This document shows, in pieces, positions 50,548 to 60,614 of a stretch of DNA of 64,000 nucleotides; the first letter of the stretch is position 1, and each line of letters starts with the position of its first letter. Source of the DNA: Marsupella aquatica. Its lineage: Eukaryota > Plantae > Marchantiophyta. The notes under the pieces were generated by a model that was not told where the DNA came from, ran no database searches, and saw only the letters and a program-made list of their open reading frames with translations. The position numbers were made by a program, and so were the translations under genes. The stretch is taken from contig OZ316897.1 of the NCBI GenBank assembly GCA_973895155.1, positions 1,142,515-1,206,514 on the forward strand, given 5' to 3'.

Positions 50548-53526
50548 ATGGACACCAAGGAAGGGACCGACTCGGCTAGTCCAGCCGAGATCCCAGTTTA
50601 TGGAGGTATGAGATTAGAGAGACTGGAAGCCGAACTGGACCCAAATTTGAAGAAGCAGATTAATATGATCCAAGCACGGCAATATCGGAAGCTCGACTTA
50701 GGAGAGGGAAGAGAACTGAACTTAGGGAGAAACCTAGCACCTGAGCTCGAGAAAGAGATCAGTGACTTATTGATTGAATTTCAGGATGTGTTTGCATGGA
50801 GTCACCAAGATCTAAAGGGAGTAGATCCAACACTAGGGGAACATCGAATTGATCTCATGTTAGGAGCCAAATCATTTCGACAACCAATTCGAAGGATGAA
50901 CCCGAAGTATTCCCTGCTGGTCAAAACAGAAATCGACAAACTAGTGGAAGCTGGATTCATCACTCCAGTCCTGCATTCAGACTGGGTGTCTCCAATTGTG
51001 ATAGTTCCCAAGAAAGCTGGACCCGATGGTAAACCCAAGATCCGGGTTTGTCAGGATTACAGGAAGCTGAATGAAGCAACATTAAAAGACCATTTTCCTT
51101 TACCGTTTACTGATATGGTACTAGACATGGTAGCCAGTCATGAACTATATTCATTCATGGATGGATACTCTGGTTATAACCAAATCAGGATTCGGCAGGA
51201 AGACCAAATCAAGACGGCCTTCATCACGGAATGGGGGATCTATGTCTTCAATCGTATGTCGTTTGGACTCTGCAACGCACCAGCTATGTTCCAACGATTA
51301 ATGGTGAACATTTTTCATGATTACTTGAGAAAGTTCATGGAAATCTTCATTGATGACTTTGCAGTATTCGGGAAGGCATCGAAACATGCTAAATACCTCA
51401 GGAAAACCTTCATGAGATGTAGAGAGGTGGGTCTCAAGTTACACCCAGATAAATGTTTTTTTGCAGTAACCGAGGGGGTGCTACTAGGTCACAAGGTATC
51501 AAGGAAGGGCATTGAGATTGACAAAGGTAAGCTAGCAGTATGGCTAGATATCATGCAACCTAAGAACATAAAGGATGTAAGATCCTTCTTGGGATGCATT
51601 GGTTACTATCGCCGGTTCATCAAGGATTTTGCCAAGCTGGCTTTACCATTAACCAATATGCTCAAGGCAGGAGCAGACTTCGAACCCACACCCGAACGAG
51701 TCACAGCGGTGGTAGAATTGAAGCAGATGTTAGTAGAGGCCCCAGTCATGATAGCACCGGACTGGAACAAAGATTTTCATGTTTTTGTAGATGTCTCGGG
51801 CTTCTGTATTGGCTCAGTACTAAGTCAGTTGGATGAGAAAGGAAGGGACCATCCCATATACTTCGCAAGCCGTCAGCTTGCCGATGCCGAACAGAACTAC
51901 TCTACCACGGAAAGAGAAGCATTAGGAGTCATTTATTCTTGTAAAAAGTTTAGGCATTATTTACTAGGGTACAAGGTAATCTTTCATACTGATCATGAAA
52001 GTTTGAAGTACCTAGTCAATAAGCCGGACCTTACAGGCAGAGTAGCAAGATGGATTTTGCTATTACAGGAGTTTGACTATGAGCTGAGGATCAAGCCGGG
52101 AAAGTTACATGCCAATGCCGACTTCTTTTCAAGGATCACAGGTAAACCTGCCACGGATTGCATCGATGATCGATTCCCCGACGAGGAGCTATTCGTTGTG
52201 GAAATAGCTGGTACATGGTACCCTGAGATTTTACAATTTCTCAGCACTTCCAGATTACAGTCAGGATTAAGCCGAGAGCAAGCCGCAGTCTTTGTGCGGA
52301 AGGTCAGACAGTATCAGTGCATTAAAGGCATACTGCACAAGCATGGAATCAACGGCACGATTCAAAGATGTTTGGAAAAGAGAGAGGTAAAACGAGTCCT
52401 ACGGGCCATGCATGGAGAGGAGGCCGGAGGACATTTTGCCCCAGTAACCACGTCTAAGAAGATATTAAATGCCGGTTACTGGTGGCCCACCTTGCACAAA
52501 GATGTCTATCAGTTTATCAAACAATGCGATCCTTGTCAACGAGCGGGAGGACCAAGGGCGTCCACCAGGCATCCACTGCACCCTATTCTACCTCTGGCAC
52601 CATTCGAGAAGTGGGGTATTGATTACATTGGACCTCTGAAACCACTGACCCACCCTAGACGGAACAAGTACATAATCCTGGCTACGGATTATGCAACTAA
52701 ATGGGTAGAGGCCAGACCAACAACGAAGGATGATGCAATTACTACGGCTAGATTCATGTATGAGCAAATCTTCACCAGGTATGGAGCACCCCTAGAATTA
52801 GTTAGTGATAGAGGAACCCATTTTTTGAATGATATAATTAGTCGTTTAAATGAGCAGTATTTAGTTAAACATAGGCCTACTACTCCCTACCATCCAAAGG
52901 CAAACGGGTTGACAGAACGAGCAAACGGAATTATAGGAAAGATATTGAACAAGACAGTAGCTCAGAACAAACTCGATTGGGATGATAAATTGTTTGCTGC
53001 TGTTTTTGCTTACAATCTTGCCTATAAATCCACTACCGGTCATACACCCTTCTTCTTAACCTTTGGACAAGAAGCCCTGGTACCCATGCAACTTGAGATA
53101 CCGACATTTCAAGTTACAATTGAGGAAAGAGCCTCAGCGGAGGAGAGCCTAAAGGAGCGAGAATATAGGTTAGAAGCTTTAGAGGAAGCGAGAATGATTT
53201 CAGCCGAGAGAGTAGAATATAGACAGAATATCATGAAGCAGCAGTATGATAAAAGGTTAAAAGTAGTTAGTATTCATACCGGTGATCTTGTGCTACTTTA
53301 TGACAGTAGGTATAGTAGGTTTCCAGGAAAGCTTTACACTCGCTGGTTAGGACCCTTTAGAGTAACCATGATGTTCCCCAATGGCTCCGTACAATTGGCC
53401 AACATTACGGGAGAGGTATATCCAGTTCGCATCCATTATGACCGCCTCAAGAAATACTATATGGACGAAGATGAAGTTGTTCGCGAGGACGCTTCACAAT
53501 TAAGTGGGGAGCTATGTGATGCCTAG
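50548..53526 (+). CDS. pol: Pol: RT-RNase H-integrase (992 aa)
   Basis: WVSPIVIVPKK, DYRKLN, DGYSGYNQI, FIDDF; RNase H VDVSG..ERE..TDH; integrase HHCC, GIDY/SDRG/TER, WLGPF. The stop lies within the first 12 nt of the 3' LTR. Confidence 0.96.
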   Translation: MDTKEGTDSASPAEIPVYGGMRLERLEAELDPNLKKQINMIQARQYRKLDLGEGRELNLGRNLAPELEKEISDLLIEFQDVFAWSHQDLKGVDPTLGEHRIDLMLGAKSFRQPIRRMNPKYSLLVKTEIDKLVEAGFITPVLHSDWVSPIVIVPKKAGPDGKPKIRVCQDYRKLNEATLKDHFPLPFTDMVLDMVASHELYSFMDGYSGYNQIRIRQEDQIKTAFITEWGIYVFNRMSFGLCNAPAMFQRLMVNIFHDYLRKFMEIFIDDFAVFGKASKHAKYLRKTFMRCREVGLKLHPDKCFFAVTEGVLLGHKVSRKGIEIDKGKLAVWLDIMQPKNIKDVRSFLGCIGYYRRFIKDFAKLALPLTNMLKAGADFEPTPERVTAVVELKQMLVEAPVMIAPDWNKDFHVFVDVSGFCIGSVLSQLDEKGRDHPIYFASRQLADAEQNYSTTEREALGVIYSCKKFRHYLLGYKVIFHTDHESLKYLVNKPDLTGRVARWILLLQEFDYELRIKPGKLHANADFFSRITGKPATDCIDDRFPDEELFVVEIAGTWYPEILQFLSTSRLQSGLSREQAAVFVRKVRQYQCIKGILHKHGINGTIQRCLEKREVKRVLRAMHGEEAGGHFAPVTTSKKILNAGYWWPTLHKDVYQFIKQCDPCQRAGGPRASTRHPLHPILPLAPFEKWGIDYIGPLKPLTHPRRNKYIILATDYATKWVEARPTTKDDAITTARFMYEQIFTRYGAPLELVSDRGTHFLNDIISRLNEQYLVKHRPTTPYHPKANGLTERANGIIGKILNKTVAQNKLDWDDKLFAAVFAYNLAYKSTTGHTPFFLTFGQEALVPMQLEIPTFQVTIEERASAEESLKEREYRLEALEEARMISAERVEYRQNIMKQQYDKRLKVVSIHTGDLVLLYDSRYSRFPGKLYTRWLGPFRVTMMFPNGSVQLANITGEVYPVRIHYDRLKKYYMDEDEVVREDASQLSGELCDA
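53502..53511 (+). promoter_or_regulatory. Polypurine tract
   Basis: AAGTGGGGAG, 3 nt before the 3' LTR TG. Confidence 0.8.
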
Positions 53527-56500
53527 ACAGGAATCACTCGGCCGGTTAAGTGGGTAAAGCAGGAAGGCACCCTAGGAACACCTTAGTATAGGGACAAAAC
53601 AAGGAAAATATAAACAATTAGGGGCAACCATGGAACCCGGGCCGAGGCCGGAGGTAAGGCTGAGGGTGAAAACCCGATTAGGGTTAGGGCGCGTTAAGCG
53701 TCGGCGGCTAGGAAGGATCAACGGGAAGAAGGACCGGCAGAGGCGAGGGGTAAGGAGCGCTTGCAGGAGATGGTGGCTCATTTGCGAGCACGAACTAGGC
53801 AGACGACTACGGGAGGCCAACTACTGTCAGCTGCTTAGGCAAGCACTCGGGGAGAGAGTAGATACCGACGATCGACCTAAGGAGGGTATGAGCAACGTCA
53901 ATCAAGCGGCACATTTCTGGGGATGCCTGTTCGAACGGGCAACTGAGTACATCAAGACTTACGAGGACGAGGAGTCAGAAAGGGCAGCTCGAGAACGGCA
54001 GGAGCTCGCTCGATTGTGGGAGCTGCAGAAGACGGCTTTCTTAGGAGGCGAACTCATCAAGGACGAGTTCCTGTGGACGCCTACTTCCAATCAACTCGAC
54101 GATCTTCTGTTTTGCAAAGACAGCGTCGTCGGCATCCGAGAGGCCATCAAGAACTGCAACGACATACACTGGGAATTAAAGGGTAGCACGGAAAGGTGGA
54201 CCCAGGCAACGGTGCTAGGAGAAACCTCCACGGCAGCAGAGATGAAGAGGAAGGGAGCCGTCAACGATGAAGCCACCCCGGCAAAAAGAACGAGGTCGGC
54301 GGCACCAAAGAAGCCAGCCGAGCAGCAGAACAGGAGGCAGGGAGAAGCCGAAGAGGAGGAGGTCGATCCCATCAAGGCCATTCCAACCAGGGATGACACC
54401 TGGAAGGGCTGGGCGGCAACCCTACCGGTGGAGGTGCAACTACATTTTGCACGGGAGGAGGATGCATGCTTTACGGCCATGCAGACCAAGAAGTACCAAG
54501 GCTTCATGGCCGGATCCGGCTTGGAGGCCTTTGTAAGATTACCATGGCTGAAGCCGGAGGTACCGGAGTCAGACCTATTAGAATTCGTGGGGTCATGGGA
54601 ACCCGAGACCAATTGCACGAGGATATATGGGAAGGATTTCTATCTTACTCCCAAGGTAATTGCCGAAGTGTTTGGCCTGCCGATAGGCAATAAGACCAAA
54701 GTTGATACCAAGAAGACCTTGCCTCACAAGGAGTTCCGGTCGTTCCCCGGGCCATCAACAAAGAATGGCTTCTTCCGGAACACCTGCACCAACCCGCACA
54801 TAGGAGAGATGATCGACTTCTTGCGGGTGACCATGCATTGTAACTTGCCGAGGGCAGAGATCGGCAAGGCACAGGTCTATCTGGCAGAAAGGCCAGACCC
54901 AAGCCGGGACTACAACGGGTACCTCCTCAACCAATTGAAGAAGATCTTAAAGGAGGAGCAGCAGGTAATCGGCATGGGGAGCGTGTCGCGGCTGGGCTAT
55001 CACATGCCGCTGTTGTGCTGGTATGCCAGAGGTCAGACTTTTGCCCCGGTACTTCCCCTACAGGTAAGGGCACCCGAGGAAGCTCCAACGCCGAGGCCGT
55101 TGGCTGAGAAGCCTCAACCACCTGTTAGTCCTACGATCGAGCAGGTGTTTAGGCCCAGGAAGGAGGACTTGCCGATGCAGCAACCAGGCATGCAGAGTCT
55201 GCTGAAACTACTGGAGAAAGAAAAGAAAAGAAATCGGCAACAACAACGGCAACGGCAACAATGCAGGACACTACTACAGAGGTAGGCCTACACCGGCTCA
55301 CAAGAGAAAACCCCTTTGCTGGAGACAAGGAGAGAATCAGGCCGGAATCCAAGCCAGGTGTTCGAATGTACGTGGGAACCTCAAGCTCCGAATCTGAGGC
55401 AGAATTGCCTGAAGCTCCTACCGACGAAGAGGAGAGGGAGAAGCCGGACGTCCAAGAGGTAGAGGAGGCAGTGGAGGACTGCAGCCATGATAATTCCGGC
55501 TATGGGTCGGACCATCACGTTCCAGGAGTAAGGACCTGTGGCCGGTTTGTCCCCACACTTCCAAGGGTAGTGCGAGGGGACCCCAACCAGCAGAGTAGCC
55601 CTGAGTCTCCCCCACCAGATGTTGCTCCCCCGAGCTTCGACGGCATAAAACAGACGGTGCAGGAATTTCAGGAGCGAATCAAGCAGGAGGAGGAGGCCGC
55701 CCTGGCTAAGGAAAAGGATTTACCAGGAGGAGATTGGCCGGAGGACATCAGGCGGCTAGCCGAAAAAGGAAGCAAACCTCTAGCCACGATTGAAGAGATC
55801 CGCAGGACGACTTGGGAGCAGAGGCCGCGATGGGCGATGCCGATCACTTCTACTTACTCCACCTACGCTAAGAATAGAGCCATGGAGTATGGTGAGATGT
55901 GTGGGGAACTTGCGCTCGGCATCTTTGGAGAGGAGTTGGAGGTAGGACCCTTTTTCCATAGGGAGCAGTTGGAGAAGCACCAATTAGAAGAAGCGGTGGC
56001 TTTAGAGAGAAGCAAGAAGGACGAGGTCATTCGGCGGCTTAGGAGGATGGAAGCCGAGATTGAAGATCTAAGGGCGGCCAAGAAAGCCCAAGATGAACTG
56101 CGGATTAAACGACATGAGCTGAACATCATGCAGGGGCAGTTGGACACCGCGCAGGCTGATAATCAGAATATCAAGGATAAACTGACTCAGACGCAGGAAG
56201 AGTTGGCCGACACGATCAAAGAGAGGGAGAAGTGGAAGCAAGAGCTGAAGAATACAGAGGAGGCCCACATAACAGCCAACAGCCGGGCCATGGCGGAGAC
56301 CCAAAGAAAGGAATGGGCGTTGAAAGGGGAGCTCGAGAAAATCCGCGGAGCCCTTGAGCAGAAGGAGGTCGAGTTAGGGAAATCCTATCAAGGGATTATG
56401 GCGCTACAGCAGGAGCTTGCGTCCCTGACGGCCAGCTTCAAGGCCGACTTAAGGGAGAAGGACGAGATGCTCGAACAGACTTACGCCAAGATGAACCAGA

Positions 56501-58173
56501 TGGAGTCTGTCATCATTGCAGAGCTCGACAAGGAGCTAAAAGCAACCCAGGAGGAGAGGGCTACCTTGAAGAAGGAATTGGAGGAAGCCCACAGGGAGCA
56601 GGAGGAGGCCAAAAATGAGCTGGAGGGGGCACGTAAGGACCTGGATGAAACCCAAGAGGAGTTGGAGGAAATCACGAGGAAGATGGAGAACCTACAGCGG
56701 CGGGCCGACAACCAAACAGAGCGGCTGAAGAAACAAGCCGCAGTATTTAAATGCTTAGCTGCAGCAGGTCCATCTCCCGTTGGGACAAACCAGTTACCAG
56801 GGGTGGTAATTGCCGAAGGACAAGCCGCGCCACCTGCACCAGTGCCGGAAGTAAGTGGGAAGGGGAAGGGACCAGCTGCCGAGCCACCAACGAAGAAGAA
56901 GCGGAAACCTTCAGGGTCAAGGAGTAATACGACTTCACAGGCCGTGGTGATCAAGGAGGTAGACCCAGCACCGACCCCAGACAGGGTCACGGCTAAGGAT
57001 CCAACTACCCTAGGGGAAGGGGAGGCCGAAGCCGAGGGAGTGGCTGAAGCCGAAGCCGTGGGAGTGGCTGAGGCCGAAGCCGTGGGTATTGCCGAGGCCG
57101 GTGTCGAGGCTGAAGCCGAAGGTGGACCCAGTCAGGCCGAGGGAGAGTTGACTCGGTCAAGGGCAGGTAATCTGTCAGTAGGCGGGCCAACGGCAGTGGC
57201 TGAGGAGGAAGTGTTGGGGGCGTCCATTAAGGATCCACCACCGGTGTCGTGACGGTGCAAGGGCGCCGTTCCTTTTAGGGAGGGCGGACGTGGAGGGAGG
57301 AGGCGTGAGTGGGCAGGGCGGGCGCGGATCTCCACGTTTAGGATTAGGATCAGAACCAGGAGCAGCCCTGACACTTAGCTTAGTGGGATTGCGGTTCCAC
57401 TGGTAGGAGCAACACTTGTGCTCCTGCCTTGCTGTACATAGGTAGATTCGGGCAAGTAGATTACTGTCAGGTAGATTAGGCTTACGATGCAAAGAATGGC
57501 GGATCCACTACCAGGATAAGTACCTGGGCAGCGGGGAGCTCAGGGCCTCTTCTTTAGCAAGTTTTTAGTTTGCACCAGCCGGGCTGGGATCAAGTAGTAC
57601 GAGAAGCTCTCGGTTAGTCATACAGTGACCCTTGTGTATATTCATGTTTCCTCATGCCTAAGAGCTGAATAGAGTTGGCCTCACGGCTTAGTTCGCAGAA
57701 CTTGTGTATGAGATGTACTGTTTGTATGGCAAGTGCATGGTATGACTCAGTCAGAATGAGTCATTTTGCTATTTGTGTGTCGCATTAACTTGTGTGAAGA
57801 GAGCCCACATCAACAGAAGGAAGGAAAGTAAGCAGGGGAGTGAGAGTTGGATGTGTCGAGCTGAGAGAGGTCTTAGCGGCTTAACCAAGCCTATTGGGGA
57901 TCATTCCGGCGGCGGAATCCAAATATACCTAACAAGACGGAGGGGAAGACAGGGGAAGACAGGGGAAGGCCTATATTAGGCCGGCTACGTATCTCATGAC
58001 CCGATGAAGGATCTGTCCAGTATATGTGTGTAAAATGTTAATAGTAGTAGTAGAAGGTTAGCAGCGTCCCATGCCGCTAAGCCGTGGAAACGGCCTCGCC
58101 AAGCACGAAACCTGCGGGAATCGGCTTGAGCTGGGGGGTTTCTTGGGTTTAGGGAGCCATGGGACGCACCACA
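53515..58173 (+). repeat. 3' LTR (4659 bp)
   Basis: Follows the PPT; ends CA followed by the TSD GTTGC. Confidence 0.95.
53630..57252 (+). CDS. LTR-encoded accessory gene, 3' copy (predicted intron 55064-55152)
   Basis: ORF-A translation is identical to the 5' copy; ORF-B differs at 3 residues. Confidence 0.8.
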
Positions 58174-59215
58174 GTTGCTGACAAAGTGGCTGAAGGCATA
58201 GAGGCATCAGAGGAGGCATATGTCAAGAATTTGGATGACCGTGTTGGTCAAGGTGAGCCTTACGATGTAGATGATGATATTGGACTTGCACCTAACCGTT
58301 CATCTGGTTTAGATGACATCCCTCCGGGGCCCAATGAAGTTCAAGTTGATGATAACTTGGACAAGGATGATCCCAATCCATCAACGCCAGGAGGACAGAT
58401 GGAGCAACTGGAAGGAGCAAGGGTTGATACGTTTGATCATCTTTCTTCAACCAATCTGATCAATGAAGGCGCAACGAGGCTTGGAGATTCAAATGAAGCT
58501 GAAACTAAAGAATTGACTCGGGGGGAGACTGAGGGGGAGACTGGCGGATTGCCTATCATTCCAATCAATCCAGGAGGAAATGCATCAACGGCTGCTGACA
58601 ACCAGGCAGGTGCTTCAACTTGTCCTGACACACTCTTTTCAGCTTCTGATGACAAATTGGTGTTCGTTTATTCACACTCGGGGAGTCCTATTGTCCTTCC
58701 GCTCTCAAAAAAGAAAGGAAATAGAGTTGGATCAACTGGATGGAGGTCATTGGAATGCGACGCACGATGTTACGTGTGGAAAAGTGGGCCAAATCAAGGC
58801 CAAGAAATATCATTGGATGCTGCTCCTTCAATTCTCAATAAGGAGGAGTATAAAAGTGGAGAATTGGGGTTGATAACTCCTGTTTGGACTTCACCTTATT
58901 GGGTAGAACAAAGTACTTCAGATGTCAATTTTGAAATCCAACAGGAGCTTGGTGCTGACATGATTATTGATGAATACGGATCTCTTATTTCGGAATGAAA
59001 TTCAGCCTTTGACTTTGTATTTATTCATATCAATCTAAAACACTTCTGGGTCTCACAGAATGCGCTCACCAATTAAAGTCTCCATATCCGTCTACACATT
59101 GTGAGGCTTCTAAAAACGGTATGTAGGTTAATTTTCTTTTTTGTCAGCCATTGTCTTGTATTTTTGGACTGAGACAATCCTAATCCAAAGTTCACTTTTG
59201 GTCTTTTCTCTGAGA

Positions 59216-60274
59216 ATGGTGTTTGGTGCACTTGCAGAATCGAGACCTGGTCCCCTCAAGCGGAAGTTGCTGATTTTGGACCTTAATAAAATACTTTGGG
59301 ATTCTATTGAATTCCAAAGCAAGGGCACATCCAGGAATATTGTCACCTCAAGTGGAGTGCATTGGGATAGATCAAATGGAACTAGTCGCATGTATATAGA
59401 GAGGCCAGGGATCCATGAGTTTCTAAAGTTGGTTTTTGTCCGGTTTGACGTTGCAATTTGGACATGTGCTGGGATGCCGCGAACAGTAAAAATGTTGAAC
59501 ATGATGTTCACAATTGAGGAGCGGTTGAAACTGAAGTTTGTATTCACACAGGTGGAAGCCTTTGACACAGGCATTCAAAGGTGTGACATTACAAATGGAA
59601 AGGCAAATGTGCTATTGAAGGATTTTCGGGTGGTATGGAGTGCATTTGGAAATCTATATGATGAAACCAACACACTCCTTGTGGATGACTCCCCCTTGAA
59701 GGCATTTGCCAACCCAGACATGACCGGACTATTTCCAGTGCCCTACATGCATGCCAATCGTGGAGACAATTTTCTTCTAACAATTCTTTGGCCATGTCTT
59801 GAGAAACTGTCACATGCAAGTGACATTCGTTGTTATCTTCTCCTAAACTCTCCAAAGTGGTCTCTATTGCACATTAAGGGAGACAAGGCAAAAAATGAGG
59901 TTACTTATGATCAACTTAGTAAGAGATGTGCAGCAAAAATTTGGAAGTCACAGTATAGGCATAGTGTGTTGGATCTCAATAGCAATGAGATTCCTTGGGC
60001 TGTGAAGCACCGTATATGTAGTTTACGTCCTGAGGTGGAACTTGACGATGCACTTGTCACCTCACTTGCTAGATCATTTGTAGGACGGGAATATTCAGGT
60101 CTGTATAGAGAAAATCCCAGACACTTTTTGCGGGAGATTATAGCAGTTAGGAACAACACCACCAAATTTCATCTCCCTGAAGATAAAGGGAGTTGCAACC
60201 GTGACATTAGGGTAGATAGTAAAGGAGACAAAGGCACGTGCTCAAATAAATATTGTAAGGAGCACTTTGTTTAG
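59216..60274 (+). CDS. FCP1/NIF-like HAD-superfamily domain protein (transposon cargo; may be the last exon of the upstream gene)
   Basis: KLLILDLNKIL..ERPGIHEFL..FDVAIWTCA..LLKDFRVVW..YDETNTLLVDDSPLKAFANP. The ORF is intact and lies inside the right TIR. Confidence 0.88.
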   Translation: MVFGALAESRPGPLKRKLLILDLNKILWDSIEFQSKGTSRNIVTSSGVHWDRSNGTSRMYIERPGIHEFLKLVFVRFDVAIWTCAGMPRTVKMLNMMFTIEERLKLKFVFTQVEAFDTGIQRCDITNGKANVLLKDFRVVWSAFGNLYDETNTLLVDDSPLKAFANPDMTGLFPVPYMHANRGDNFLLTILWPCLEKLSHASDIRCYLLLNSPKWSLLHIKGDKAKNEVTYDQLSKRCAAKIWKSQYRHSVLDLNSNEIPWAVKHRICSLRPEVELDDALVTSLARSFVGREYSGLYRENPRHFLREIIAVRNNTTKFHLPEDKGSCNRDIRVDSKGDKGTCSNKYCKEHFV

Positions 60275-60533
60275 AGATCTGACTCATGTTAAGCCCATTA
60301 GATAGTAAAAATGGGTGCCAGCCCTCGATATTCATTGTAAGTTTGGACACAATTGTATATAATTATTTTCACACATTATCAATCAATGGTCCCTGCCTGG
60401 GCTTCTTTGTGCGGAAATGTTTTTACAAGTATGATCTCTATCCCATGGTTCTTTGTGAACTAATAAGTAATATAATACTATTATAATTAATATAATATAA
60501 TATATTAATATAATACTAAAAAGATTTGGCCTG

Positions 60534-60614
60534 TAAAGTGTACATTTAGGTATCAAAAAGTGTACATTTGGGCTTCATAAAGTGTACATTTGGGGACATA
60601 AAAGTGTACATTTC
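60534..60614 (+). repeat. Right subterminal AAAGTGTACATTT motifs (4 copies)
   Basis: Directly visible; same orientation as the left array. Confidence 0.85.

Larger units (their letters stand above)
42635..58173 (+). mobile_element. Full-length, recent non-chromoviral Ty3/Gypsy LTR retrotransposon (15,539 bp) with 4659-bp gene-bearing LTRs
   Basis: TG...CA LTRs, 5-bp TSD GTTGC (42630-42634 / 58174-58178), PBS, PPT and gag-PR-RT-RH-INT order. No chromodomain seen. Confidence 0.97.
38229..58998 (+). pseudogene. Cargo gene (~1400 aa): unknown N-terminal domain, VEKP repeats, ParB/Srx-like domain, helical region, degenerate N4C/N6A MTase-like domain, acidic tail. Exons 38229-38355, 38658-40348, 41070-42634 + 58179-58998
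   Basis: Both introns have a GT donor, a CTAAC branch point and an AG with matching phase. There are two in-frame TGA stops (40136, 41685). Removing the Gypsy restores ...SEDVADKVAEG.... ParB-like: IPVDSIFP..CYRMLNAEHVKEVANSM..FLAISGQHSARAA. MTase-like: VNPHAKPTRMIRRIIESLSELGDLVLDFFSGG. Confidence 0.82.

Noticed and set aside
53515-58173. Assembly artefact or segmental duplication of 42635-47293
   Set aside because: TG...CA ends, TSD, PBS, PPT and scattered substitutions identify these as genuine paired LTRs.
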